Assembly: GCF_000150275.1 (NCBI RefSeq)
Contig: NW_002060946.1
Location: 6,987,855 to 7,051,854, forward strand
Length of the DNA stretch: 64,000 bases
Origin: Trichoplax adhaerens
Taxonomy: Eukaryota; Animalia; Placozoa
Reading direction: 5' to 3'
Shown: in pieces, positions 27,261 through 40,906 of the stretch
Layout of the letters: each line of letters begins with the position of its first letter
Numbering within the stretch: position 1 is the stretch's first letter
Notes under the pieces: model-generated
The model's input: the letters and a program-made list of their open reading frames with translations, nothing else
Database searches by the model: none
What the model was told of the DNA's origin: nothing
Made by a program: the position numbers and the translations under genes

Positions 27261-30200
27261 AACCTATGACTTCTTTATTAAGTGATGCGGGTACCTTCTG
27301 CTTATCTGAAAATGAAGTTGGGCAATATTGAGTTGAGTTGAAGTTGTGATTCAAGCTAGCTAAAGCATGTATATTTCTATCCCTTTGATCAGAAAGTTAT
27401 CCATCGGATAAGGAGTAGAAGAGGACTGATAATTGAAGCACAGAAACCGACATTTGAAGAATTACCCTAACTAATAGCAAGCTAGAAGCTAGTCTACTAG
27501 CTGAACGAAGAAATAGTATAATTGCTCTACGCTATCTTCTTGTGCTATAACTTCGATCATGACACCATGATAATTAAAGCCATTGGCCATATTAAATGTA
27601 AATTAGATTGGTATCAGCAGGTTTGCGGAACCGCTAAGGCCTGCTTATCGATGCCTACACTTGATTCTATTAATTGGACGGCTGAAATTTATATAAGGTA
27701 CTAAATCTAATCAAAGCAATAGCTATGTTAATGCAAAAAGCATTGCAAATAATTTATTTAGTCACGTACTAGTAGACTGGAAGGAGAGATAAATTGTTTT
27801 TCCATGTCGAATCAGACCGTTAGGTTATTCCAGAATAAATGATGGAGTAAGAAATATATTCTTTCCTTCCTTCCTAACAATAGAATGATAACGATTAGAA
27901 TCCTAACTAAGAATTAGTAGATTATAATCTGAAAGGCTGATTCTATCTGATACGGAAGGATTGTGGTAGTAAGAAACACCAGTCATGATATTGAGGTCAG
28001 AGGTGTGGCTCCTATCGAACAGAATACAATTTTAGCCGTAGGCGATGTAAGCCCCTGTTGATTGTCTTCTGAAAAAACCTTTTATACCCCAGCACTAAAA
28101 GATAATAGTTTCGCATACTAGTCATGGTAATTCTACTGTAATTTGAGTTATTACTTTGTAGATGTACTATAATTCTAGCGCCTTGTCATTCCACCAATGA
28201 ACTACTTGCAGCTCATAATAATTCCAGAATAATATCGGTAGGTGATGACTTGGGAAGGAATTCTGAATTGCTAATCATTACCCTAGTAAAGGATATTGTA
28301 ATAGAGGGTATGGTACGCTGTTGCAAAATAATTTCAACTTGATTCTAACAGTCTCACTTCATGACGTGGCTTGCTTAATTTTTAAATGTGGAGAATAAGT
28401 AAGAAATTATTAATCAATCCATTTTCTATCGCCTAATTGGTAAGTGGAGCGAATTCTTCTTAAATTTTCCAATTTAGCATTTAAACAAGTCGACTTAAGT
28501 CGTAGCTTGTGGTTTTGAGTTATAATTTCAATTCCTTTAATCGTAAAGATTTCAGTAATGATCGTGACAATGACATTATCACAAATTTGTGTTTCTGTCT
28601 CTTTTGGATTATGTTGCTATGTAGTAGAATCTTAAAAAGAAGTTATTTTATGGCTCGTTAAATTCACTTAGTTTGCAGAATTAGCTATTACTGACTTAAA
28701 AAGGTGGATATAATTATTCGCTAAAATATCACGTAGATGGTTTTTTATAATCTCACAGCAATAGCTATACGATTATCAGCAAATGAATCACGTTAAAATA
28801 TTACCGATATCTCTTCGTTAAACCCATAAAAGTAAAAACATCTTGTTTTTACCTTTATGGTGAAATCATTGAATATTTTATAGTCGCTATTCCTTTGGTG
28901 AAATTGATGTATTTAATTTAAATCTTGTATAACAAGATTGCAGAACATCAATGACATGGTCTTATTTTATTCATAAAGTATCTTTCTCATCTTTTAAATC
29001 TCACGTAAATTTATTTGCTAAAGTTTGTCAGTATGTGGTTTTATCTGTAGCGGCAATATCGGAACGTAATGTTACTTATTTCGCTGATGTAATTAGTTCT
29101 CTCTATTATGGTTTTACCGCTGGTTCATAGTAGAAGTAGCTCTTTTTATTTACTTTCAAGACTGCCATCAGTTCATATAGGATTATTTGTTATGATAGTT
29201 TATCTAAATATATCGAAGCATTGATTCTGTTGTCAAAAAATGCTATAATTCGTCATTTAGAAGAAATTTTAGTTCAGATTACATCGAGTTTCGTCTAATT
29301 TGTATAGAGGTAAGAAATAGCACTCAGATTTGTTCCTAACTAGTACTGAGATTACTACTTCAAAGAATGTAATTAGGAATGACATTTTTAACAGTATTTA
29401 TTAAGAAATATTTTATAATATTGAGATTTTAACCGATATGAAAATTATTAATATTTCGGATCAATTTTAGACGTAAATGTTGTATATTTATCAGAATAAG
29501 ATTTAATGTAGCTGATAGTTAGGTGATTAAATAACTTCATATCAGTAATAAGAGAAAGTCTTTCAAGTTTTCTCGAAAGCCTCTATTTGAACCTCTATTG
29601 ATATAATGAACATGCAATCGAGGCAAATTTAACAGCACATAATCAAATTTTGTAGTAAATTGATATGCATTATTTTAATAATGAGATAAAATATTTGCAT
29701 TAAGAACAATACGAAAGCTTCTAATTAAGCTTCGCTAGTTAATAATATACCATAAGACACACAAGCAAGTAATTTTTTATACGCGTTATACTTTGAGTTT
29801 CTCAACGACGATTTTTAAGGCTAAGAGCTGAAATACGGCACTACAGCTCATCAAATGTATTTCTGAAAACTTCATAATATTCTTCCAGAGCTAATAATTG
29901 TAATAAAACACAGTCTCAGAAAAGTCTAGAGCCGACAAATTATCTGTTTACCAGTTACTTACTTTAAAAGATTTCGATTTTGCCTAGAGTAATTTAACAA
30001 AAGAAATTTAACTAATAAGATCTAGGCAGTTGTCATGACATGATCTCGCTCTTGTCCTACCAATTTTTACTTATGGAAACGAGTCGATGAATCTGTAATA
30101 TATGTTAGACCCTATTCTTGTCAAAGCAACATGCGAAAATATTGCACTGTAGTTGTAGCAATTTTAGCGCGAATTTGACTCAAGTAATAAAATTGACATT

Positions 30201-31221
30201 GATAACGGCGAATTTTCTGTAGTGCTATTTCAAAATTTAGAAGCTTACGGTATCAAATTGAGATCGAAAGTGCAGTTGTTCTGCTGGAAATAAATACCGT
30301 CTAGGGAGAATAAGGTTTACAATAGAATTAAATCTCTTTATGAACTTACTTACTTAAAATGAAGTATTAAACTAGTGGTTAACCTTGACATTCTTAGGAA
30401 TGGCGCATAAAATCTGCCTTTTTATCAGTATATACCCATATGAAAATTAAGATAAATTATGCATTTTTTTCTAATACAGCAAGTCTCGTTAGAATTTATT
30501 TCCTAATTTTAAATCGAAAAGGGGAAAATTTATCCGGATATAAGTTAAAAATTAAAAAAATGCAAAAAATTAATGTATACGGGACATTGTGAATTTAGAT
30601 TAAAGTAAGATCAGAAGCGGTTACACGTAATTCACAGGAAAAAGTTAATATTGACAGCTCCAGTAATTGGATAGAATGTATTATTCATATTTGATTATAA
30701 TAATAAAAATCTTAATTTAATTATTTAAGTGCAATTGCGAATCACTGTCTAGTTTGTAAAATTTTAGTCTAATTTTATAGTAGCATAATCTTATATTACA
30801 ACTACCTGCTAGATAGTTTAATTTTAAATTCTTAGCAACAATGCGGCCAATTATTTCCAGTAATAAATTAGACCTCGATGGGTAGTTTCTCTGTGTCGTA
30901 AATTTCTAAATTAGTTTTAAAAAGTTGTAAGATTACGCATTCAGCGATCCGTTAATAAATTAAACCATTCTGAAGTTGCTCTACAGTGTTAGCAATACAG
31001 CTAGATGGAATATTATATCGTTTTAATGTTTATAGATCACGAAAATTGTCATAGTAAACTATCACAGTGACTGGGTTTAAGTTAACATATAGCAGATAAT
31101 TTAAAATTAGCGCTATACTTATCATATTTGTTGTTTTCCAGATATTTTCGTGTACTAGCGGCATTCCTGCCATCAATCTTGAAGGCGTATCTGCCGATTT
31201 CAATCTAGGTTATTAGATCCT

Positions 31222-34200
31222 ATGTCTAAAGCAATTATTACTATGGACGGTACTAGATTACTACAAGTGATGGTAAGTACCACAAACTTTCTAATAATTG
31301 AAAGATATTATGAAACTGTGTCGATAATATTATTATTGCTGACTATTTGGGCTGGTTGTACCTATCTAAATTCACAAACTAACTACATACTTATTATCGA
31401 GTAAAACTGATATAACTCGATTTAATATCCATTTGTTCAAATCACATCTTCGCTATTATAATGCTGAATTCCGATTTATATTTGAATATCAGACATTCCA
31501 AAGACGAGATTCTTAAATTATTTGAGGCAATTTTTCAAACTATATAATAGCGCATTTTAAATGTAACAGATATGGTCTTCTCTTAAATGAATTTCCGTTA
31601 TTTATTCTTCGATATTCGTTAAACTGCATCTGTATCGCTTTATAATGACCAATAACTTTGTTGTAAATTTCTTTTACCGTAAATTATGTTTGTTACTTAT
31701 TGTGCCATTGAAATGATGAGTCTACGAGCTGTAGTTGTTTGTGCTAAAGTCTAAACAAATATTACTTAGCTTAATTTATTTATCCAAATTAATAATAATC
31801 ATAACTGAGCTATTTTATATTTTTAGATAATTTTATTCTGCTGCTTTAATTCGGCTCGATCAGCTGATCCTTGCTTCAATACCAACCACTGTGATACTAA
31901 AACAGTTTGCATAGCTAGCAATGCCTCTTCTATGGGATATTTCTGTAAATGCCGTGCTGGTTATTATCCTACGATTTCTTCAGCTGTTGATCCTCACTGC
32001 CAACGTAAGTAATTTGTATTAGCAATACAGCTAAATCGGCATAAAAGTATTAATAGTACAACAATTATCCTATTTATTGATACGTTGATCTTTCTTCATA
32101 CAGAGGTCATGACGGTTAAGGGGACAGTGGGATTTTTAGATAACTATACACCGGCCAGCATAGAAAACGACGTGGTATGTCAGTTTTACGAATAGTATTT
32201 GTTATTTTTAGTGTGCTCTACTTGCTACAGTTATAACTCTTGTAATACTTTTCTTTCAGGAACAATTTACCATCTTGAGTAGTTTTCCAGGTCATATGAG
32301 CACGCGTTTTCGAACTCTTCGGTAAGGAATTAAATGCTGTAGTATATTTATTGAGTTAAATTTTTAAAGATAAATATGCCATTAAATAGCTTAAAATAGT
32401 GTGGTTATTGCTTAACAATGAATTGATGTTTGTTGCAATAATATTTAATTTGTATCATCTTTGCTATAGCTATGAAAAGATTAATAAAACATACTTCTTC
32501 TCATAGAATGCCTCCAATCGTTGCCAACTATTACTTGATGTTTCATTTCGACGCAGCGATAGAATATCAAAAATTGAATAAAGACATAAGCACTATGTTA
32601 TCAACAGATACAAAATATAAAATATTATACGCGGATCACTCTAGTAAGATTCCTACCGTCGGCTCTAAAATATAAATCATACGTATATTGTCGTTACTTA
32701 TGCTACCCTATTAATTGATTAAGTCGCTCTATGAAGTTTTCGTTCATGAGTTTAGTTCCTAATCATAGTATGAGTTTGTTATCTGCCTTCATGCCGTATT
32801 AAATTCAGAAATAATTTATAATTTTACAGGAATTAGTGAGTGTGATTTTAGTAATGATCCTTGCTCCAGCTTAAAACAACTGTGTGTCCCGGATGCTCTC
32901 TCGTATTCCTGTAAAAGTTGTGAAGCCGGAGTTCAATTCAATACTACAACTAAGACCTGTCCAGGTAAGATTGTATATCGTTATCGTAAATTCTCAAGAA
33001 ATTCATTATTAGCTAGTTCTTCTTTACATTAATTTTTCTATAATTAATTTCATCAAATGAATCATAGGCAATAGGAATAGTAACGTAATGGTTATGTAAT
33101 TGTCATTAGTTATTCATAAGGAATACCGTAAAATAGGGTATTAGAGTAATAAAATAAACGGTAGAAACCGGTATTCTAGGCCATAGTGAAATCTTTTAGA
33201 TATAGATATTTATCGCTTGCAGTACATATTTTGCAGAATAATGATATAAATATTGGAGAATATACTTTCGCATCTAGGTGAAGTTAAGCCTACACTTCCC
33301 CGCAAGACCTGGCCAACATTTACCTGTAAAGACGTTCATTGTGGGTCAAATGCATACTGTAATCCCGATTATTCAAAACCTTTCGGATGGTATTGTAAAT
33401 GTAATGAAGGCTACTATCCAAATATTGTATCAACTGAAGCAGCTGGATTTAGTTGTAGCTCGCAACCTCTCAAGTTATATCATGGTAATCTATATTATTG
33501 ATTAGTTAAATATGGAAATGGGCCATTATAATTAATACTCGTGTTGCCACTAGTGTTGTTGTACTAATCTATCTTCAATCACACGTAGAGGGAACCTATG
33601 TCGTAGCTACTCTAATCATATCGCCGAGGATTAATTCGACCGCTGTAAAACAGCAGCTGGTATAGTAGATGTGATTTCAATAGCTTTCTCTTTTCATTTT
33701 CTGGCAAAAGTACAGTGATGAGGACAAAATGAATTGCGCCACAACCGTGTATAACTATAGTTATTGATCATCTAGGCAACCATGCTTTTCCCGGAGGGTT
33801 CAGATTTTGTTGCTAGCGAGATAAAATCGGTTAGGTACGGCATTAATGATACGATTTTATGTGAATATTTATTAATTTTTTTTCCTACTATTTATGTTTT
33901 TGGGGATTTTGGTAGGTGATCTCGATAGTATAATATACTTGCTGTTATCGCCTTCTAATCAGAATATTAGGTGCTCTAATGCGTTAAATTTCTATAGGAA
34001 CTGACACTTAGCTTTTATATTAATTTCAGTTATGGCAATATAGAAGCCGACTTCCATATTAAAATCAACAGAAGCGTTCCAGTTGATTTGAAGAAGATTA
34101 CTAATTCGATTCGAGCTGCAGTTCAAGTTGCTCAAAATTATACGTTTATACGTGTTCAATATTTTGGTAAGTTAGAAAATGCCTCCGTCCTTAGCTTATA

Positions 34201-37200
34201 AGTAACTACTATCTGGTTTACTTTCTTCCATACTCAAGAGTAACTCTGACAAAGGATTAATATGTATTTTCTTCAAATCTTGTAATCTTCACAACGAAAT
34301 TATATCTAGCTTTATTTATATGATTTTGATATTTTCACTAGATCCCAAAATATGCGGTACAGACTATGATCCTTGCTCTGGTCACTCACTGGAATGCGCT
34401 CCTAAGAATTACGGTTTCGAATGTCGAAGATGCCCAACGGGTTCTTATTTCCAAGGCTGTTTGAAAAATTGTTCGGGTACGCATACTATCTGATATTATC
34501 AAGATGACAAATGACTATTATCGGTACTGGATCAACCATGTTCCCGGAAAATATTAAGTCGAATTAACTCAGCCTTAAGCGAATTATCTTCAGTATTGTA
34601 TAAAATGCTGCAGTCGCCTATTCTCAATGTTGTCATTTCTATGATTAATTTTCATTTTCATTTTAATATACGTATACAGAAATTGACGAATGTGCTAGCA
34701 TACCAAATATTTGTAAGGAAAGCGAAAAATGTATCAACACAATTGGAAGCTATTACTGTCTATCAGGTATGATATTACACCCTCTTATGCTTGTATAATA
34801 AAAAGGAAGGTAGTTCAAATGTCAATTCAATCATAGAATAGGTTAATACAACTTTATGTAGTATGGTAAGTTTCTATGATCAGAATAATAATTACTAGTA
34901 GTTCAGTCAAGTGTAAGACCAATTTATCTGTTTGCTGTATGTCTTATACGTTTAGCTAATGCTACGGAAACCTCTCAAATCCTTCCGACGGCTAATATCT
35001 CAGCAACTTCTGCGGACTATATGTCAGGAACAAGCGCAACGGAAGCAACCGCGACTACAATTCCTTCATCAACTGCTGCCTCAGAAATTTTATCAGATTA
35101 TATCTCAGCAACAGGAGAAGTTAAGACAACGGCGACTCCAATTCTTGCTTCAGCTAATGCCTCAGGAACTTTATCAGCATATATCTCTGCAACAGGAGAA
35201 ATTGAAACAACAGCAACTCAAATTCTTGCTTCAACTAATGACTCAAAAACTTTATCAGAATATATTTCAGTAACAGAAGATGTTAAAACAACAACGACTC
35301 AAATTCTTGCTTCAACTAATATTTCCGAGACTTTATCAGAATATATCTCAATAACAGGAGAAGTTAAAACAACCGTTACTTCAGTTGAAACAGTAATTAA
35401 GTCTGAAGAACCGTCTATCGAAATCTTAACAAGCGCTACCAGTGTAATAACATCTTCTGCTCATATCCAATTGGAAAGCTCGAATGTAGACCAAAGTAGT
35501 TCCGTCGAAGTACCGGGATCTTCGACAAATTATATTGAGAGTACAGGTCACAAGAGTACAAGCTACTGGAGTGATTCTCATAGTTCAGCTGTATCCATAT
35601 TACCGGCACCTTCTGAGGTTGATTGGTTAGGCACAGCATTTAATGATGTTACCGTTAGCCCAAGTGAAGTCATCATTATTAATAGTACCGCTACACCCGA
35701 ATTACCAACTGAATATTGTGCAAGAAATCGTTGTGAGGCCAATTCTATTTGTATAGTAAAGCCTAACAGTCCATCAGGAATTTATTGTCAGTGTGATACA
35801 GGATATCGTCCTACGAACACAACTTCCATAGGTCAAGTTGGCTGCAAAGGTAGCGTATTTTTGCTATTTGGGTAAAACATAGTAAGTAGATCAATAGTTC
35901 CAACATGCAAATGGTCATGATATACTAAATACCGGTATGTTAATAAATTATATCATAAATCAAAGATAATTAAAGATACTAACACTTACATCTCTAAATC
36001 CGTAGATATTAATGAATGCATCATTTCCAAACCTTGTGATCATAAATGTATCAATACTGTGGGCAGCTATTCGTGTTCTTGTCATCCAGGATTCAAACTT
36101 GGTAGCGATAATAAAACTTGTGGAGGTACATAGATCCCCTAATTATGATGTGCTGGTGATGAAATTTTATGGATATGAAATGATATGCTGTAATTCTTAT
36201 AAATCATAATGGAATGCTATCAGATAGATCTCTGTAGCGGTAGATAGCTCGCATTAATTGTTTTAACATAAATCCTTTGTTGCCTATTTATATACTACTT
36301 CAGTTTTCTGTATTTAGCAATTACTAGCTTAAGCGATTGATGTGAATTTTAAATTGTAGTGATAAAACGCTGCCACATTGTCTATCAATCTTTCATTAAT
36401 TTTTCAATTAATTCTTTACGATACCATTTAAGTAATTGTCAGCCGACTGATTATGGGATGTAACTTAACATTCATTATTACATTTAATCTATAACTTTAA
36501 ATAGATGTAAATGAATGCGCTAGCAATGATAATCCTTGCTTCTTTCAAAAGAAGCTTTGCCTCAATCTCAATCCGGGATATATGTGTCAAAATTGTCCCA
36601 CTGGTAGTTCCTTCGATACGTTAATAAACGGTTGTACAGGTAAAGATTTTGCTCATTCACTAATGGCTATCATGTACAGTATTTATTTATTTGGTATCAG
36701 GTATTTTTTTTTACTGCATAGAGGTTTGATTTAGCAACATAAACTAAAAACATACTGCCTAGAGAACAGCCTTACAGTTAGCGTTTTAAATACCTTCAAT
36801 ATAGAGTTTATAAGTGCTCATGTTACATTTTTATCTTTATTGTACTTTCGGTTAAAAATCGGCGTCCGATAGCTGCCTCCACTTCTAGTCCTACTGTTGG
36901 TAGCAATTCCTCTGCTACATTGGGTGATCAATGTAAACATGATACTTGTGGGTCAAAAGCAAAATGTTATGATCAGCCGTTATTATCACCCCAATTTTTT
37001 TGTCGATGTCGCCAAGGCTACTATCAAGATAACCCCAGCGAATTACTAATTAACGGGGATGGATGCTTGCGTAAGTATAGTAATCTTGAATGATGAACTG
37101 TATGCGTACTGCCTATCCCTATATTTATTGCTATACTGTACACACTGATGTAAAGAAGTTGGTTATACCCAAGAGGTCCGGTTCACATAAATTTTGCAGG

Positions 37201-37888
37201 CTTATTAAAATAATTTAGGACAATAACATCTAAACTTCGTAGTTGTTAGTAATTATGCTACCGTTGTAGCTCGGTAAACTACTGCTATGCGTAACATACC
37301 GTAATAATCAGATGCAAATATCATATCCCATTAGCTGGTAGGTTTGTTGCTGGGTACGTGAATCTTAGACCTAAACCAAACCTTTTTAGTAATGTTACCG
37401 ATGAAATGCTCAAGTCAGAGACTAAACATCAGGTTAGTTTAATCCTTCCACTTGAATAACAAGCATATTGTGCTTCCATGTTTAATTTTTCTCACCTCGT
37501 ATACAGTATTATTCGATTGTAAATCTGCAAACTGATTTGATTATTTGAAAAATAGATGGAAAGTATGATTAGAGCACAATCAGGAATGCAAAATCACTTA
37601 ATGAGGTCAACGCACATCTCTAACCGGTAAGCATGGTTATTTTTGATTAGAATTTAAAATGGACTTTAAAGATTCGATAACAAGTTACTTTATGCCTTAC
37701 TTGCTCAACTTTTATTACCTAATTTCAGCTATGGCCAGGTATTAACGATTGATTTTCAGTTAACGCTTAAGAAGGAAGCTCCAATATCACTGTCGGCAAT
37801 TCAGCAAGTATTAAGTGCACAATTGATGTCCATTTATACTTATGACGTAATAAGTGCCCAAGTGACAAGTGAACTTAAAGGGATCTAA
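31222..37888 (+). CDS. Modular EGF / SEA-like / mucin extracellular protein with no visible TM segment
   Basis: Signal peptide from 31222-31272 plus 31828- (MDGTRLLQVMIILFCCFNSARS), then EGF to 32004; SEA-like exons ~32104-32174, 32260-32321, 32506-32643; EGF 32830-32964; EGF 33278-33484; SEA-like ~33589-33659, 33776-33834, 34030-34165; EGF ~34343-34475; truncated cbEGF 34680-34766; mucin+EGF ~34956-35848; cbEGF ~36007-36126 (DINEC..CINTVGSYSCSC); EGF ~36506-36639; EGF ~36873-37070; SEA-like ~37335-37431, 37556-37626, 37729-37888 (stop TAA). Phases are consistent; the 3' end is uncertain. Confidence 0.85.
35000..35375 (+). repeat. 81-bp (27-aa) coding tandem repeat in the mucin exon
   Basis: Units start at 35081, 35162, 35243 and 35324 (S.TLS.YIS.TGEVKTT.TQILAS.N.), plus a degenerate unit at ~35000. 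Confidence 0.9.
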
Positions 37889-39697
37889 GTACTCGTTCGA
37901 TGAAGTAGCGTAAAATCAAGTCGGCTTTTCCAGATATTAATAGTGGCTGGTTCTTATAGCGAAAAGTGATATCGGCTAAAATTGACCTTGCAATACATTT
38001 TCGTGGATTAATTAATGGTCAATTAGCATGTAACTTTAGCTACATTACTAAAAAAGTAGAATCTGTAATTTCGCTTAATTAAGGTGCTTAAAAGGTATCA
38101 TGGCCGTAGAATTCGGATAGCTGAGATAAAGTAAATTTCTTTAGTTTATTTTTAATTAATTTATAACTGAGTTTATGGTATGTGGCCTTTTTGAACGCCA
38201 TAAATCATCTTGATGAGCAGTATCGTACGTTAGATAGTTTATCTTGTGTCGCCTTGATCACGCAAAATTGATTCACCGATACAATCAGTCTCGTAGTAAT
38301 CTTGATGCAGCTGTCTTTAATAATTTATAAATGTATCGATCTTAATCGAGCATCCTATTAGTTTTGCTTGTTGTCATGCGATAATTTCTGATATGTATGA
38401 TTAAATGCTATCGATTATGACTATGGTTTGACACTTTGATTTTAGATTTGTTATAAATTTATTACGGTATTCAATATTGTACACGGTTTCTGTTTTATCG
38501 GATTAACCGTGAAATTGCTGTATACGTATCCTCGTATATTCGTACGAAGTATGTAAGATAAAATGCTACCGTGCTAGTTTAGTAGAAATTATGATTATTT
38601 TGGGAGAAATTTAGCATCTATACTTTAACCCTTGTCTCGTAGCATTTGACAGATTTTTTTATTTACTGTTAAAATAATAAAAACATGATTTGGAATATCT
38701 TGTAATTTGAAACTAAAATTAACACATCAGCGTAGTAGAACTGTAGTAGTTTACAGGACTAAAAATATCCAACATTGCAAATACAATAATACTTGTGTTA
38801 AAGAATAATGTAAACTTAGAAATGTATGTTACCTACATTACCAGTGTAGTAAAGCCTACTAATCCTTTCTCACTTATTGAGTAGAGAAATATTTCATATA
38901 TTAACGGTATCCAATATGTCTTTGACAACGTGTATAGCTAACTAGTTACCTCAGCTCGCCATTTACCGCACGGTTATGCACCAAGGCATATGATTTCAAC
39001 TCAATTGGCAGTTTGATTCTTCATACAAACGTATACTGATTTCGCTGTGGATTTATTTTCACGATCGAACATCATACGAATTCTAACTTTCTGCTATAAA
39101 TTGAAAGCGGAATGAAAATTATCAAAGGAATTTATTTTATCCAAAGATTTTTTCCCCATTTGATGATATTTAAGCACATCGCATATTACAGTTTTAATCT
39201 AGTTCTATGTCTGTTCTCCACTTGAGCCGTCCATAGAGTGCAAAGGAATTCATCGACTCATTTCAGAGTTTCCAAAATAGTTTTGCGCTATCCTGCTATA
39301 CTGTCACTATTCTAGATCTTTTCTAGGCTTTTGAACCATTTGGCTTTGGCCGGTACAATACCATGGTTAAGGCTTGATGAAATCAGTTAAGTGCTGTAAC
39401 TTAAATGAATGGTATTAAAAGATTAAATTAATTCCTTCTGCGATAAGCAAATAAGATATGAATCGATTATACCATGTTTCTCCATGAATAAAGAACTCTC
39501 CTTAATATTAAATCATATTCATATCGACTCATAGTTGTTTCCTTCCACTAGCTGCCATATTAGGATACTTTGCACTACACGGCATACATGCATGTTATAC
39601 ATTAGTTTATAATTAATTTATACATCATAGAGTATTATTTATTTATTTAGTCATGAAGAAGGGCACCTGCAACGAAAACCATGGCGTCATACTGGCT

Positions 39698-40906
39698 CAT
39701 GACTGGCTATAGTAAATAATACTTTTGATTTGGCATTATTAATACATTAAAGTATGATCAGTGGCTCTCTCAGACTTTCTTTCCCTTTTGGTAGACCCAT
39801 CAGACAAGTGTACACGGTAGAATACACAGTTTCCTATATGTGCCAATGGCCTACAATACTTCAAAATCGATTAGAAAGCTATCGATATTCACAGTTGGTT
39901 ATGGTCATGTTATGGTATGGATTGCCGATGGGATAGCCTAAGGTGTCATTCATTTATGCTGACTGTAGGCAATTTCACCGGCAATTAATACCATAGCATG
40001 AATGTAAGATAGTCATTCCCCTGTAATATATCCGGGAATGCTTTACCTTGTAGAGCTGTTACAGCAACAATTATACGAGTAGTAACGGGAAACGACTGGA
40101 TTTAGGACAGAGTGTGCTGTAGTATTGATTACAGTGGTGTCGACTGCATATTAGCTAGTCAAGCGTAAAAGTGGAGTCGCTATGCTACTAGGAATGTTGT
40201 GTTTGCTTAGAGATTAACCCATATGCGCAATAAAAGGGTGCAATTTTCCTTTACCTGTAAATCTACTATTTCTGATGTCGGTTTGGAATTTACAATATTG
40301 GTATGGTATTCCTCAACTGCATTGTGGACTTATTGTATAGCGTAGAGCCTAGAGGTAAAAGAAAAGGCTTTATTCTTCCACAGTACCTCTGAGCATTTCC
40401 TTGTACAGAAGGAGGGTAACAAGGGAGCGAGAATCGGATCGCTTGGTAGACTAAGAGGATGGTTAATAGTTGGCCTTGGGTGATTGAACATTCATACGAT
40501 ATTACCCAGGGAATTATTCGGAAATTTCTCTTATAAGTTCCTAGTATAGCGTACTATTATAGTTATGTATTATCGGAATATGATAGGAACGTCTGGCCTA
40601 TTGAGATAGGAAGGGTTTGAAGTTGGGAATTGAAAGCATGCCCAAAAAGTATCGAATACGTATGTTGAATCGCTGTGACTAGCCGGAGTACCGAGATTAT
40701 TCCTTTTAATTGATTTATCTAGTGGAGGATACTACTGTCAAAGTAGAGCATGTCCACCTGATAGTAGACTGTCCATTGACTCAACATTAAACGGCATGTT
40801 GGCTAGAGAAAACGCTGTTGTCCATTGAAGTAGCCAAATGATCAGTGGCGCCATTTGGCATCAGACACAAGAAACTGAAAGTAGAACATTTCCACATGTG
40901 ACAATC
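39698..40906. other. Pair of diverged non-coding blocks (39698-39850 and 40793-40906) within a GC-richer, hairpin-rich region
   Basis: Colinear shared blocks catg..ggcta.ag.aaa / catt.aagta / atgatcagtggc / catcagaca / gtagaa / tttcc..atgtg.caat separated by variable spacers. No common reading frame. Confidence 0.55.

Noticed and set aside
34959-35273. Gln-rich repetitive ORF
   Set aside because: Shifted frame of the 81-bp mucin repeat; splice phases support the S/T-rich frame.
35000-35375. Regular repeats as a possible CRISPR array
   Set aside because: In-frame coding tandem repeats with no unique spacers, in a eukaryotic gene.
39790-39815. CTGATG...GAAA on the minus strand as a hammerhead ribozyme
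   Set aside because: The core is not CUGANGA, and stems I-III cannot be formed convincingly.
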